A DNA stretch of 64,000 nucleotides from Piedraia hortae CBS 480.64 (GCA_010093745.1 MU005957.1:186001-250000), one strand, 5' to 3'; positions 41,782 through 54,653 are shown, counted from the first letter of the stretch. Numbers and translations: made by a program. Notes: generated by a model from the letters alone, not told the origin.

Positions 41782-42280
41782 CTTCGTCAAAGTTGGTTTC
41801 AACGGTGCAGTTGCCAAGTTGGATGTTGGGGAAATGAAAATTGAGGGCGACTGTGGGTGGGAAAATGGAAGACGGGATCGCGAACGTCAACACGAAGACT
41901 GACCCTCAAGACTCATCAAATCCACTAGTGTTTGAGTCGATTCCACCACGCAAAACTCTGCCTCTGCACGACGGTACGTTGCAGGGAAATCATTGGCAAC
42001 CATTGACCTGTGCATTGCTCATTTATATCTTTCCCAATCCTTTTACGCCAATGCAATGGAATGGCACCATGATGGACGATTTGGGAACTACTACTAATCA
42101 ACCCGCCCAGATAGATTGGACAGGCATGTCCAACGACTTTTCCTATTATCGTAGTTGCAGATAGCATCCAGACTTCCGGGCCAAACCAGTGGCGCATGCT
42201 GGGCAATCAATGCAACTCAGTCTGCCCCCTTTACACATACAATATATATTCAGTCAAATCCAACTCTTTCTTGTCGAGAA

Positions 42281-42384
42281 GACACTTTGGCGGAGTGGTT
42301 AACGCGCTGCCCTGCTAGTCATAGAAAAGCGATTAGGTTTAGGCAGTGTCTTCGGACGCGCAGGTTCGAATCCTGCAGGTGTCG
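42281..42384 (+). tRNA. tRNA-Ser(GCT) with a 23-nt intron (42318-42340)
   Basis: Acceptor stem GACACTT/AGGTGTC with discriminator G. A-box TGGCGGAGTGG. Anticodon arm CTGCC-CTGCTA-[intron]-A-GGCAG. Long variable arm, T-arm GCAGG-TTCGAAT-CCTGC and a downstream poly-T terminator. Confidence 0.95.
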
Positions 42385-43599
42385 ACTATTTTTTTTTTCT
42401 CCTTTTTGACCTTTCAGCCTGTTCAATGCTTTCCCATTGTCTATACCATGTTGGACCCCAAATCTATGCATGTGGAAAGGCAGGGCCCATTTTTTTCGGT
42501 TACCAACCCTGTTTTTTATTAGTGACCCCACTTTACCAGTCTTAGATCTCATCAATCTCGACTTTCCAACTCTTGACGTAATTTAGAATATTCACCTCTT
42601 GACATTGATTTGGCTGCACACGCTTTTAGGAAAGGGAGTGGGGCCGAAAGTGCACAAATGATCAAAACGACCCAGCCACTGCATTGTGGGTAAAAGCTAG
42701 AAACCCCTTATTGAAACTGGTGGTTTATTCTAATTAAGCATGTCACGACACTCTCATGGAGATGGTTACCTGCTCGTGAATTTGGGGAATAATAAGGTCT
42801 ACTTGCGGGATAGGTTGCGTAAGTTAGAGACAGTATAGTGAGAGGTAGGTCTACCTGGGATGCCACCTTTTTTGGTAAGGGATTGTGCAAATACGAGGGG
42901 ATTAATGATTGAACGTGTTCTGAGGAACGAGGGATACAGGATGGGAGGTGTGAAGATGAGACAATAAGACGAAGTTCAGTTTCATCTATACAGGAGTATC
43001 CCGAGAGAGGAATGATCATTTGAAACCAGCGATCACCAATGCTCTCAATTCGGGGGTTGATGGTAATATATGGCCACCATGCTGTATTTATCCATGTCGT
43101 CGTGATAATCCCGGATCTAGTTGAGCTAGTCTGGATCCAACAGGAGGTTATCAAAGGCCTTCGAGCGGATTGTGGAATAGCGTCGTCTCCCGTATCCTGC
43201 AGGATAGTTCAACAGACCTGCAATCTCGTATGCTATTTTCCAACGGTGAACGGTCTTTTTCTTCTTGGCCGTAGGTTATTCTGTGAATTGGCGGAGCGTT
43301 CTAATGGTTTTGGTATTCCAGAAAAACTATTCTCACCCCCCTTATAGAACGATAGTATGACTGAGACAGACCGATAGACTGTTCAGTTCACATCAAGGCG
43401 TAACGTCATGCTACGCCATCCTAGGTTTCATACAATCAGATGTATGTCCTCTTTCAAACATGATCTCGCGAGATTGCTAAATCGACAATGTCATAATTTG
43501 CTGCGGCTCGTACTGTATGAGTAAATCTTGTCTTCCACATAAAAGGCTCTTGCCCCAAAGACTGGCTAAGGAGCGTTCGAGAAGCCAGCAAAAGTCTTA

Positions 43600-45250
43600 T
43601 ATCTATGGTTTAATCCAATGATCGTGTAAACATGTTTCCTCTAGTATCTCTCGACGGACTCCATCGGTAAGTAGAGCGACCTCCAGAAGATGTTATCTCC
43701 GGAGGCTGTCTCTGTATCGGCATACAGCTCTGAGCTTGGGCTGGGCCCTGATTTGGCAGCTTGATACATTCGAGACGCCTTCCATTTGAGCGGACTTCGT
43801 TGCGGACAACACCGATCCAGGCAAAAGTTTCACTACTTGGCATCTCGCCGAGGACGTTGCCAGACACCAACAGCTCCTGCAAGGACACGTTATCATTCTG
43901 TGGTACGGATGCATCGCAACCGCTTGACTTACCGCCACTCGGCGATGCACCCGCGATCGTAAGGCTCCTAGGTAAATTTTTGGCGCAGGAGCTTCCGCCA
44001 TTCCTAATATCATGTTTTTTGAGTTGTTTCCAACGGTCGATCGCAGATTTCGCAGTGCTTGCTCACCTTGTTGACGCAGTCCAGGAGTTCCGGGAGCTTA
44101 CCATGTTCAGCCTGAACTGCCACTATGGTCTTAAGTTCACGAGCTTCCTTGAGGACGATCTGCGTCTCTCTCAACAGTAGGCCATATACTGGGATCGACA
44201 GCCACATGTTCCCTGTTAAAACTTCAGCCAGAGGCCGCAGGTAACGTCTTTCACTGGCCGCTTTGTGTCTAGAATAAAGAGCGCCGTGTAAAATCATCAA
44301 TTTGCCTTCAACAAGAGAAAATCGGTTCGCCACATTACGAGATGTAGTCACCACGCAAGTCGGTTGCTGTGAATTTATCGTTAGTTGTACATACTATCGC
44401 TCACGGATGGGCATCGGACGTACTTGTAGGCATTTGTTTAAGTAGTTAATATCGCTCGGGCTACTGTTTCCCATACGTGTTAGGATCATTTCTGGCTGGA
44501 GCAGGTTTTCCGCTGTGCGAGCTGCAGTTAGTAGACTTCCATTCCATTGGTCCACCTCTAAAAATGGAAATGCACCCAGTAAGTTCTGTGGCAACTGTGT
44601 CATCATCTAACTCTAACGCTTCCGGCCTCTGCTCTCCCCGTTGTCATTGGGTAAGATTGACTTCTCCACCGTTGTTATAGCAGATGGATAGATCGCGAGT
44701 GGGGTGAAGATACAGCAGGAGATTGTCCAATATCCGGGGGAGATGTGATTGGTGAACACATCTCGGATCCCTGCGTCAAGATACCGAGCGATCCCTCACA
44801 GGTGATCTTCCATGAGGACCACATTCACGGTGTCCTGCCAGAGATATATCACAGCCCCCAAAAGGAGTGAGTGAAGAATCTCGTACGAAAGGGCCCGATG
44901 TGAGTTGAGATCCTCGAGGCCATAAAGCTCTGTTAGAGGATGCCAGATACCGACAGGGTTGGCTTCTTGCGCGTTCAGTTCCTTAGTGTGGCGTAACACT
45001 CTGGATCTTGAGAGATAATCTCTGCCTTTCTGCAACAGTCAAGTGATTCCACAGACATAGCAGATCCGCCGTCAAAGAAAGCGAAAGTGGGCGGCCCTGC
45101 TGGTTCGTCATGGGCGACAGACGTTGCGTTAATTGGTACAGAGTAAGACGCTGCCGAACGGTGGCACCGAAGCTCATGCGATCGAGGCCAGTTAACCCTC
45201 AACAGCGCCTCTCGGTCCAAAGAATCATTCGTCTATTCAATCTGCAAATC
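43600..45250 (-). mobile_element. Highly degenerate CACTA/Plavaka-like (CMC-superfamily-like) transposase relic
   Basis: ORF 44796-45035 encodes WHPLTELYGLEDLNSHRALSYEILHSLLLGAVIYLWQDTV, matching the D.H.D.P.EILH..LLG..KY.W pattern. Later fragments include AFPFLEVDQW...AENLLQPEM and IVAVQAEH. Confidence 0.5.
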
Positions 45251-46445
45251 TCTTCCACAGTGTCTCCGATGTCGAGCGCTTTGGCGACCATGAGAGTGCA
45301 TGCATCGTCTTCACTCAGTCCTCACCCAGTTTATGCTCTTCCCCGCCTGGTTCCACCTAGTATGTACATCCGCCGCTTGTCCAACTAATTTTTAAAAAGG
45401 ATGCGCTCCGTTGTGCAAGCAGGGGTGCGGGGGGAGGGGTGATGTTCACATGCAAGTACGCCTTGCGCTGTTATTGGCTACTCACACCCCCGCTCGTCGC
45501 CTTGTTTAGTGATTGGCTAACAACACACGCAGCATATAGAAACTCTTTATCGGTTCGTTAAAGCTGCTGAAGCACACTTGAACGAAACCCCTCCCATGTA
45601 GTCGAGGAGTGACATGCTCGACGCGGCCCACTTGGTTTGTCATCTGACAGCCCTCAACACTACAAACGTCTTCGGAAGTTGGTGTTACATCTTTTGAGGG
45701 AATATTTTTCCATTCATTACCTTCACGTCTATCAACGACATGGTTTCATGGAAGAGCGAACTGCCGGAGTTGAAATACTGACGGGCACTCCAACAACCCA
45801 TGTTTCGGATTGAGTTGTCAAAACGGATAATCCTCTAAACCGAATTTGCGTTTTCCGAATTCGCAATGGTAAACCTGCGGACGAGACCTTCCTTTCCCGG
45901 TGATCACGTCCGCGCCATCATCCTACCAAACCCATTGCTGCTGTCAACTGCAAGGCCAGCTCGAAGAAAACTTTTTTTTTAAAATCTGGCCTATGGCAAT
46001 GGACGCGTACGACAAACACGACAAGACGATGGTACCGGTGGTGGAGTCGTTGTTCTCACCAACTCTAAGCACTCGGAAGAACATGCTCATTATTCTAAGA
46101 CATTAGAACAAACTGTTGATCCTAGAAAGGACGAGAAGGTGTATGGGACGGTCAACCTCCCTCGGTAGCGCCCAGCCTAGCCCTCAAACAAAATCACCTA
46201 CCTATACCTCAGGTACTCTCAAAGCTGATATGAGGGGGAATAAAGCTGTGCCGAACAGATTACGAGCCCTGGACATCCGATCCTTGGACGTATCATAAAG
46301 GGACCCCCTAGCTAAACAGAATTGCAAGCGGAAACGGTGTATCAAATAATGATGCTAGAAAAATGCGTATCATTAACCGTAAATAAGCCCGCTTAACAAT
46401 GAACAAAAAAAAAAAAAACGCCAAACATTAAAGACTAGGTATTAA

Positions 46446-48407
46446 TCAATCCTTCTTCTCCCAGTTTCCCAAGAGTCCGTTCGCGGTCGCGAGATCCTCA
46501 CCCGGCACGGTGGTGGGACGTAATCTTCTTATCGAGACAAAAACAGCGACGGCTATGGCTAGGACGAGGCCGGCGCTGACGAGGGGATGGCTGGTGAGCT
46601 GGCCACGGAGGACCCACCAGACGTGCCCGAGGGCTGTGGTTGTTCGTTTCGGTGAGATTTTTGGCGGGGAGCTGACCGCTCGAGGGAGGGTTTCGAGAAT
46701 GGAGGTTCTGCTTGGGACGATGGGGTTACCGGTCATGGTGTTGTCCCAGTAGCGGTGTTGGTCGTGTTCGTACATGACGACGCGTTCGTTATCGTGTTGG
46801 ACCGAGATTCCAAAGGTTGAGCGGATCCAGCGCTCCCAGAAAACGCCGTCAACCCACGCGAAGCCAACTTCCTTGCGCTCGATGTCGTCCATGTTGATGC
46901 GGATGGATTTGGCTGCTCGCAGGGCCCGCTGGTCATTGCGGTCTTCGGCCTCTTCGATGCGTAGTTGTTTTGCGTCCCGCAGCTCCTGCCGCTCCAGTTG
47001 GAAGGCTTGCGTTTGCTTGTCGATCCATTCGAGCGCTGCGTTTTTAATCTCGCGCTTTGCCGATGCAAATTCCTCGGGTCGCTCCCGTGAGAGAATTCCC
47101 AGTACGACAAGCTTGCCGCGCATGATCTCGTTGGCGTTGGACGCTGTCAGCTCGGGCACAATGGGAAGCCACACGGACTGCATCCAGTTCAGGAGGCGGC
47201 GGTAGTCGCGCATGTCGCGCGGCGAGAGCCCGTTGTAGTAGGATGGCTTCCCATCGCGAGAGACGAGGAGACGCGGCCAGGTGGAGATCTTGAATCGCTC
47301 GTTTAGGGCAGCATCGTTGGCCTTGACAATCTTGGCGTGGCCAATGAGGCTCATGACAAGCCGCTCCAGCGCGGCCAGGTCCTCGGATGTGGTGGCCTGG
47401 TCGTAGCAGTACAGGAATATGACATCCTCCTTCTTCTCCAGCTCCTCAAACTGCGCCGCCGTCACGTCTTGGATGCCGTCGCCGACGCTGACGGCCTTGT
47501 TGGCAAAGTCAATGAGATCGCCGAGCCCGCGCAGGCCGTGGTACTGCACGCGCTCGCCGCCGCGGAAGAAGATGATGGTTGGATAGCTTATGGCCCGAAC
47601 ATCCCGGCACAGCCGCTTCTCGGCTTCGCAGTTGACCTCACCAATGTTGAGCCTGCCACGCATGTGCCTCGCCATGGCCTGCCAGCTGGGCGCCATCGTC
47701 GCCGCCTCTCTGCTGCCCGGAACCGAGAACTTGACCAGCCACGGATCGCGGGTCGTCGTGACCTTTCGCTGGAACGTCTCCGCCGTCAGCTGAACGCTCT
47801 TTCCAGCCGCCGACAGCTGTCCCGACAGTGGCATTTCGGTCGTCGAGCGCCCGGGCATCGTGGTGCGCTGCACCGATATGTCGCCGGCGTTGGGAAGTTT
47901 CAGGTCCTTGGGCCGCGACCCCGGATGTATCGCCTCCAGTTCGCTCTCTATCCACTGGCTCATGGCCTTGAGGTCCCTGCCGCCTACCTTGCGCTCCACC
48001 TCGGCGCCGTCGCGGTAGAGCACGATGGTGGGATACTGCGTCACCGCTGCCGCATTGCATGTGTCGCCCTGGGCGATGCAGTCGACCTGGCCAAAGTGAT
48101 AGTCGTAGTACGACCCAAAAGAGTCGCCTGCGCGCGGCCGGGCATAGGGGTCTTGGGTGTAGTAGAACTCGTACAGTGTCTTCCACGTCGGTGCAAACTG
48201 TTTACAATGGCTACAGTAAGGGCTAAAGAATTCGACCATCCAGTAGCCGCGCGCCAGTGTCTGGTTGAACGTCTCGCCCGTCAGAGAAGGCTGGATGGGC
48301 ACCGTCTGGCCATTGAACGTCGCCGGCTCCTCCTCCCGTCGTACGATTCCAATTCGAGCGGCAAGGACAGCGGGAAGTAGTGCCAGGGGAAGTAGCGAAA
48401 GACGCAT
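46446..48407 (-). CDS. EPS1: ER membrane protein-disulfide-isomerase-like thioredoxin-domain protein (Eps1-like)
   Basis: Signal peptide, WMVEFFSPYCSHCKQFAPTW, further Trx-like domains, a C-terminal TM helix and an EKKD dilysine-like ER signal. Confidence 0.85.
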   Translation of the reverse strand: MRLSLLPLALLPAVLAARIGIVRREEEPATFNGQTVPIQPSLTGETFNQTLARGYWMVEFFSPYCSHCKQFAPTWKTLYEFYYTQDPYARPRAGDSFGSYYDYHFGQVDCIAQGDTCNAAAVTQYPTIVLYRDGAEVERKVGGRDLKAMSQWIESELEAIHPGSRPKDLKLPNAGDISVQRTTMPGRSTTEMPLSGQLSAAGKSVQLTAETFQRKVTTTRDPWLVKFSVPGSREAATMAPSWQAMARHMRGRLNIGEVNCEAEKRLCRDVRAISYPTIIFFRGGERVQYHGLRGLGDLIDFANKAVSVGDGIQDVTAAQFEELEKKEDVIFLYCYDQATTSEDLAALERLVMSLIGHAKIVKANDAALNERFKISTWPRLLVSRDGKPSYYNGLSPRDMRDYRRLLNWMQSVWLPIVPELTASNANEIMRGKLVVLGILSRERPEEFASAKREIKNAALEWIDKQTQAFQLERQELRDAKQLRIEEAEDRNDQRALRAAKSIRINMDDIERKEVGFAWVDGVFWERWIRSTFGISVQHDNERVVMYEHDQHRYWDNTMTGNPIVPSRTSILETLPRAVSSPPKISPKRTTTALGHVWWVLRGQLTSHPLVSAGLVLAIAVAVFVSIRRLRPTTVPGEDLATANGLLGNWEKKD

Positions 48408-48541
48408 CGTGGGCTGCTTGTCGTGACCGCCGTGGTCGTCGCCGCGGTGGTCGTGTTGGTGACGTTGCAGCCTTTAGGGTTACGGTCCTAATCAATACGA
48501 CGGCGGGCGGGCGGAGGACAGAGGGCACATTCGAACTCACA

Positions 48542-49257
48542 ATGCGTCCAGCTGCAAGGCTCCTGGCTACGCTGCGCACGAGCTCTGGCAGAGCTGCCTC
48601 TGCTGCACATTACCTAGAAGCCGGCGCTCCGACTGGTCTGACAGGCATCTACACGCACCCGGCACCGCGTTCGGCGCTGCTATATGTCTACAACCAAACG
48701 CTGCAGAAGCTGAGCAAGCTGCCCGAGTCCAGCGTATATCGACAGGCGACCGAGGCGCTTACGAGAGAGCGGCTGCGGGCTGTGGAGTCCAAGCGCCCCG
48801 AGGGGCTGCGCGAGTGGCAGGAAAGAGTCAAGAGCTCAGTAGAGCTGAACCCGGAGACGTTTAGTAAAGTCTACATCTCTTCCAACCCAAAGGGCGAGGA
48901 CTACAATATCGTGTGGGATTTGCGAGACGAGGAGCCCGCCATGGACGAGAAACTGAGCGAGGAGGAGGCCGCCCATGTTAAGGAGCTCACCACCGTTCAG
49001 ATCGAGCCCGAGCCCGCACTGACGGCCGAACAGATCTCTGAATTGGAAAAGGAGATCGGTGGCGGGCTGATCGAGGAGGTGATTCTGGCCGCCAAGGCCG
49101 AGTGTGACTTGGTCGACACGATGGCGGAGGAGCGGGTGTAAGTTGACAGTATCGGCTGGGGACCACTTACTGACCGAGTTGCAGATGGGAGGACCTGGTT
49201 GAAAAGCCGGTAGAAGGTCAGTGGACCTATTTCGAAAGAGGTAGACACACCGCCTAG
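48542..49257 (+). CDS. NDUFA5: Complex I accessory subunit NDUFA5 (fungal 29.9-kDa subunit), 2 exons
   Basis: From ATG 48542: PTGLTGIYTHPAPRSALL...LPESSVYRQATEALT...IGGGLIEEVI. Removing the intron 49138-49184 (GTAAGT...CTGAC...CAG) gives the conserved VWEDLVEKPVEGQWTYFER. Confidence 0.92.
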
Positions 49258-49502
49258 ATGTGTTATGTGTATCGAGTATTCAAGGAACGCTGAGCAGGCA
49301 TCACACTGGTCTACAGATACAGAGCCGTACTGACTTTGAATCGACACACTGTTGACACTGACACCCTGATGACACGCAGGTTACACCGACTACAGGCTGA
49401 TAAAATTCTGTCACGTCATGCATGACAAAGCCGCTTTCAAGCGTTATCTACTACTGATCGGCAACTGATTTTCAGAACACAGACAATCCACACAGCACAG
49501 CA

Positions 49503-51089
49503 ATGGCCCATCTAACCTCTCCTCCAGGTCCTCCGCCAGCCGTCATGTCCAGCATATTGGAGCAAATCGGCAACACTCCCCTGGTCCAGTTGTCCCATCT
49601 AGCAGCTCGCTACAAGCTCCCGTGCAAGCTGTATGCCAAGTGCGAGTTCTTCAACAGCGGCGGCAGTGTCAAAGACCGCATCGCACTGCGAATGATTGAA
49701 GATGCAGAGCGCCGAGGGAAGCTCAAGCCCAATCACAGTGTTCTGATCGAGCCGACGAGCGGCAACACGGGCATTGGCCTTGCCCTCGTTGGGGCCGTCA
49801 AAGGCTATCGCACAATCATCACTCTGCCGGAGAAGATGTCTGCCGAGAAGGTTGCGGTGCTCAAGTCGCTGGGCGCAGAGATTATCCGTACGCCTACGAG
49901 CGCGGCATGGGACTCGCCAGAGAGTCACATTGGCGTTGCCAGACGGCTGGAGAAGGAAATACCCGGCGGCATTGTGCTGGACCAGTACAAGAACGAGAAC
50001 AATCCGCTCGCGCACGAGTTCGGCACGGCCGTCGAGCTTCTGTCGCAGATGAAGGCCGTCGAGGGACGCTTCGCGGCCGTAATTGCGGGTGCGGGCACGG
50101 GAGGCACAATCACAGGTCTCTCGCGCGGTCTGCGCAAGCAAGACAAGTCCATCAAAGTCATAGCCGCCGACCCAGAGGGAAGCATCCTCGCTGTACCACC
50201 CAGCCTAAACACCGCCACCGAAGGACGGGCATACCAAGTCGAGGGCATCGGCTACGACTTTGTGCCTGACGTGCTCGTTCAAAACGAGGTAGACAAATGG
50301 TACAAGACCGACGACCGGGACTCGTTCCTCTGGGCGCGGCGTCTGATCCGCGAGGAAGGACTTCTCGTAGGCGGCAGCTCTGGCGCCGCAATGAGCGCCT
50401 GCATGCAATACCTCGCTGAATCGAAAGACCTAACCCCCGACGACGCCGTCGTCGTCATCCTCCCAGATAGCATCCGCTCCTACCTCAGCAAATTCGTCGA
50501 CGACGACTGGCTAGCTGCCCATGATCTCGACGAACCACAGCAGCGCCCCAAGGAAACCCCCATCACAGACCAAAAACCCAACCAAACGCCACCCCTCCGC
50601 AAAGCGAAAATCAAAGATCTCCGCCTCAAACCCATCAGAACAGTAACCGCAACCGCAACCGTGTCGGAAGCCGTCGAAATCATGCGTGACAAGGGCTTTG
50701 ACCAAATCCCCGTAACATCTCCCCCTAACGAGGGCTCATCCCACCAACTCGCAGGCATGATAACACTGGGGAATTGCCTCTCCTACCTCGCCTCCGGGAA
50801 AATCACGTCCCAATCCTTAGTCAAAGACGTCATGTTCAACTTCGCTCCGTTACAAAAATCCTCTCAAGAGGCAGAGGCTATTGTGCGTGCGAGGGAAATG
50901 GACGGTGATGAGTTTATCGAAATGACAACGGAGACTTCATTGGAAGATTTAGAGAGGTTTTTTGTTTGGAATGCCGCTGCGGTGATTACGGAGCGGGTGG
51001 GGGAGGGTGAGAATGCGCAGTTGAAACCAGTCGCGGTCGCGACAAAGGTGGATCTTTTGACTTGGATGTTGAAACATTCAAAGGTGTAG
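49503..51089 (+). CDS. CYS4: Cystathionine beta-synthase
   Basis: IGNTPLV, the PLP-lysine motif [43 protein letters not shown] and C-terminal CBS domains. Confidence 0.96.
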   Translation: MAHLTSPPGPPPAVMSSILEQIGNTPLVQLSHLAARYKLPCKLYAKCEFFNSGGSVKDRIALRMIEDAERRGKLKPNHSVLIEPTSGNTGIGLALVGAVKGYRTIITLPEKMSAEKVAVLKSLGAEIIRTPTSAAWDSPESHIGVARRLEKEIPGGIVLDQYKNENNPLAHEFGTAVELLSQMKAVEGRFAAVIAGAGTGGTITGLSRGLRKQDKSIKVIAADPEGSILAVPPSLNTATEGRAYQVEGIGYDFVPDVLVQNEVDKWYKTDDRDSFLWARRLIREEGLLVGGSSGAAMSACMQYLAESKDLTPDDAVVVILPDSIRSYLSKFVDDDWLAAHDLDEPQQRPKETPITDQKPNQTPPLRKAKIKDLRLKPIRTVTATATVSEAVEIMRDKGFDQIPVTSPPNEGSSHQLAGMITLGNCLSYLASGKITSQSLVKDVMFNFAPLQKSSQEAEAIVRAREMDGDEFIEMTTETSLEDLERFFVWNAAAVITERVGEGENAQLKPVAVATKVDLLTWMLKHSKV

Positions 51090-51177
51090 ACAGGAAAATA
51101 GAGGTGGAGGATGGCTTTGTCAAACTACAACCACATCTACCTACGCCTGGAAAGGAAAAAGAGGAGGACGGCCTGCT

Positions 51178-52539
51178 CTACCCGTTCAGATAACTCCTAA
51201 TCGCACCCTGTAGCTTCTGCGCTCCGTCTCCCAGCAACGCAGTGAGGTTTTCCAAGTCATCGCCAGCCGTGATGCCGAATTTGCGTACCATGTCGCGCGC
51301 GACTGTTTCCAGATCGCCGCTGCTGTCGAGACCCGTCTCGTCTTCTTCCGGTCGTCCGAAATACGCGTTGCTGGAGATGGCGCTGGCGCCTTCGAACCCT
51401 TGCAGACGCTGCTGCGCTTCGCTCTTGGCTTGCGGGTCGAAGTCGTTTCGGCCAAAGAACTCGTCCGATGAGATGCCCTTTTGGGACCCAAATTTGGATT
51501 GCGCGTACCGCTCGCTGTCGTCCGATATCGGTGTCGAAGATGCCGCCATGGTAGCTTTGGGTTTGGATGCTGCCGCGCCCTTGGGCCCGGAGCCAATCTG
51601 GCCGAAACCGAGACGGCGGACCTTGGTTGTGAGTTGCTCGACTTCCGGCTCTGCTCGGCGAGGGTTGACGGGCGTGGGCTGGAGGATGTTATTGGATGAT
51701 TCTTCCACCGGCGTAGGCTTTGTATCTGCGTCCGGGTCGTAGCCGAGCTTCTCTTTGCGCTCTGCTTCCTCCTTGGCCGCTTTTTCTGCCTCATCAAAGT
51801 CCAGTGCTGCGGCATCGACTTTTTTAGCCCCGAGTCCCTTCTTTTTGGGCCCCAGGATGCTGGCTTTGGGCTTACCCGCCGCACCCGTCTTGCGGATGGC
51901 CGCTACCGGAACCGCCCGCGCCGGAGGCTCCGCTGCGGCCCCGTTGGCGGCCACCATGGGCGAGGCCGAGCGCGGAGTGCCCACCCGAGAGGGCGGATTG
52001 CTGGGCTTCTTCACTACCGGCTTATCCCATGATGAGAAGAAGTCGTCAGCGGGCTCTCCGGCGGGCGTGCTGCTCCGCGTTACGTCGCTGTCGTCGGCAC
52101 CATCCTCGTCGGCAATGACAATTTCATTCGGGTTCAGCCGCCGGTCGGCCTCCACACGTCGTGCAAGTTCGTCCTTGTACTTGTTTGCCGCGTTGCTGGT
52201 GTACTTGGTCTTGGCATCCTTACTGGCCAAGGCAGCACCGCCTCCGTGGCGCTGGAAGTAGCGGGCAGCACTCTCATTGCCACCGATCTTCATCCGCCGC
52301 AGCTGGTCCCATTGCCATTGGTCCAAAGTTGTGCTGCGTACAAAGGAAATGTGCACGCCCAGGTTGCGGTGCGTAGCCGAGCAGTCGAGGCAGAGGTAGA
52401 TGCCAAACGGGACCGAAGACCACGTCGGGTTCTTGCCACCGCAGTCGAAGCAGCTTCGGTTGGCCTCCTTGCGCTTCAGCTTCTCGAAGACACGGTGCGA
52501 CTCCGTCTTCGGGGCCAGCGCCGTCGTGCCGCTCGCCAT
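51178..52539 (-). CDS. GLO3: ArfGAP of the Glo3/ArfGAP2-3 type
   Basis: Likely start MASGTT at 52539. Zinc finger [40 protein letters not shown], then KKGLGAKK and the Glo3 motifs [11 protein letters not shown] and AISSNAYFG. Confidence 0.93.
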   Translation of the reverse strand: MASGTTALAPKTESHRVFEKLKRKEANRSCFDCGGKNPTWSSVPFGIYLCLDCSATHRNLGVHISFVRSTTLDQWQWDQLRRMKIGGNESAARYFQRHGGGAALASKDAKTKYTSNAANKYKDELARRVEADRRLNPNEIVIADEDGADDSDVTRSSTPAGEPADDFFSSWDKPVVKKPSNPPSRVGTPRSASPMVAANGAAAEPPARAVPVAAIRKTGAAGKPKASILGPKKKGLGAKKVDAAALDFDEAEKAAKEEAERKEKLGYDPDADTKPTPVEESSNNILQPTPVNPRRAEPEVEQLTTKVRRLGFGQIGSGPKGAAASKPKATMAASSTPISDDSERYAQSKFGSQKGISSDEFFGRNDFDPQAKSEAQQRLQGFEGASAISSNAYFGRPEEDETGLDSSGDLETVARDMVRKFGITAGDDLENLTALLGDGAQKLQGAIRSYLNG

Positions 52540-52670
52540 GCCTAGTTGTTGACGTTGCAGGGAGGAATCCAGTGGGCAGTCGAGACCAGAGTTACTAATC
52601 GTGCTTGTTACGATTCTACTACCAATGATAGCATAGGGTCTGGGTATAGCTGTCATAAATTACATTTCCA

Positions 52671-54653
52671 TTACGCCGGCTCTAGCGCCGCCCACAAGTG
52701 ACGTCGATCGACATTCAGCGGAAGCTCAAAGATGCCCAGTTCGCACGCCGCCCACAGTGTACGACCGTCTGAACTCATGGCCAATCCAACCACGCGCTCC
52801 CCAGACTGTGTCTCATTAAGCAGGGTCTGCAAGTGTCGTCGTGTCACCCCATGGCCGGTGATTAACAAACTTCTCGTAAGATCGAGTGTAGTTGGGGTAC
52901 CGCTTTCGGTCTCGGCGGCACCTTGTTGCCTGATGATATCCCGTACCTCCTCTTGAGCCCGAGCCCGAGCCCTGATCCGATCCAGCGACTCTGGTGACCG
53001 CACGCCTCTTGTGAGAGCCTCAAACATGCGCCCAGAAGTCGATCTGTGTACGGGCGACGACTCTCGCTCTCTCATGTGGCTCAGCTCAGGCAACGAATCA
53101 GCCACTGCTCCGGCAACCAGCTCAGCAATCGAGTCTGTTGCTGGCTGATCTGGCGAGTCAGACGCTCCCTGGAGTGGAGGCGAATCACTGCCGTCCATTC
53201 GCCGCAGGCTGCTGTAGGTTATTCTCCGACTCAGTCGGCGTGCTGCCTCTTGCAGACGCGCATTGTGCACGCTGTTGATCACTTGCATCTCACGCTCTGT
53301 TGAATCTATTTCCCGCCGCACTCTTCGTGATCGCTCTTCCCTGCGCGCCAACCAATCTTCGCTCTCGTCATCAATGTGAAATCTGCCCAAGGGACGTAGC
53401 GCTCGAGGTGTAGTGCTTCCCTCTTCCTTAGGCTGGTCGGCATATACAATCTTCTTCAGACCTTCTTCCTTGGGATTTAGATGAACCACTTGCCTCTTCT
53501 TTAACCCCGTCCTCAGATCTCCAATGCCTATCCGCCCTCGATCCTCTGCCCAGATGAGCAGATCGTAGGGATCCGGGGCAAACATCATGGCCCGTACCGC
53601 GCCCGCATGCGACGTCGCGAGAACCGGGCGAGAACTGGGCATCAGTGCAGCCCGAGAGTCGTCATCTTCGCAGTTTGCATCGTTGATCGCCTCAGCATCA
53701 AACATAGAAATGTAGCCACCTTCTGACCCAACGGCAACCAGGCCACCACTGGGCGACCAAGCCGTGGTGAAGCACCCGCAGCCTGCGCCCTTTTCGGGGT
53801 ACAGGTCAACCACGCGGCTGAGTGCCCAGGAAATATAGAAGCTGGAAACATGGCCGCGTGGTCTGACTCGGGACAGCAGTGAGCTCTTGATCTTACGGCG
53901 GTAAAAGTAGGCCTGCTCGACATCACCCACTGCCACAAGCATGCATCCGTCAGGGCTGATGGTGGCATGGTTCATGGCATCCGGAAAGTCAATCTTGTTT
54001 GTTTCCATATTGTGAATCAGGCTGTACATCCGCACCGTCTTGTCATTGTTCGTGAGCACGGCCACAATGTCGTCCAGACCCGTCGATTCATCCTTGAGAT
54101 GGTGAATTGAGATGGAGTTGACAATCCTGGACCCGATGCGCTCAACCTGCATGCTCTCCACTGTCCGACCCGTAGCATCCCTCTGCTCCAAGCCTTCGTT
54201 GATTGGCAGAGCGCTGTCCACATCGACCGGTCGTTGCCCTCTGCTGCTCAGCTTAATGGCCGCAAACCTCCCGCTGTCCTCGCCGCCAACGCAGATGTAG
54301 CCATAGCCTGATGCCGTGCACCGCGCCTGAAATGGCAACAGTGCAACGTGCTTGCGTTTCTTCGTCACCGTGTCAAGGCTGAAGATGTCATAGCCTGAGG
54401 CATAAAACAGCACGTCGGGCTCCGGCGTGGAGACAAAGTGCCGTAATTGCGGGTGCCTCGACACCAGTCAGATCTACGTCGCCCGTTTCTTGACAAGGAA
54501 TACCCACGAAACTTGAATATTAACCTCATAGAACGCCTTGTCTCGCTCCCGAGCGAGATTGTCGACGCCGGGATATCTGCACCTGCCTTAGGGATGCCAC
54601 ATACACCATGGGGCTGCTTACAGTGAGTAGTCAATTGCCGTTCCGCGTGCCAT
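52671..54653 (-). CDS. WD40-like protein with DUF2415-type domain, 3 exons predicted
   Basis: Predicted ATG at 54653 with introns 54621-54577 (GTAAGC...CAG) and 54507-54457 (GTGGGT...CTGAC...GAG) gives MARGTAIDYSLYPGVDNL...FYEVNIQVSHPQLRHFV. Motifs: IVNSI, NNDKTVR, MNHATISPDG, GAVRAMMFAP..DLLIWAEDRGRIGIGDLR. Confidence 0.8.

Noticed and set aside
1783..42384. Functional cluster of Pol III and RNA-modification loci (RPC17, NOP58, 5S, DEG1, tRNA-Ser)
   Set aside because: They are spread over 40 kb among unrelated genes; no evidence beyond chance.
45400..46400. Possible gene or TE end in 45.4-46.4 kb, also 9.4-10.0 kb and 34.7-35.8 kb
   Set aside because: Only short ORFs without recognisable motifs, and no terminal repeats that I could verify.
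47337..48380. 347-aa plus-strand ORF, and similar antisense ORFs over NOP58, CYS4, GLO3, DHODH and the esterase
   Set aside because: These are shadow ORFs produced by GC-rich codon bias of the real gene on the other strand, with no recognisable motifs.
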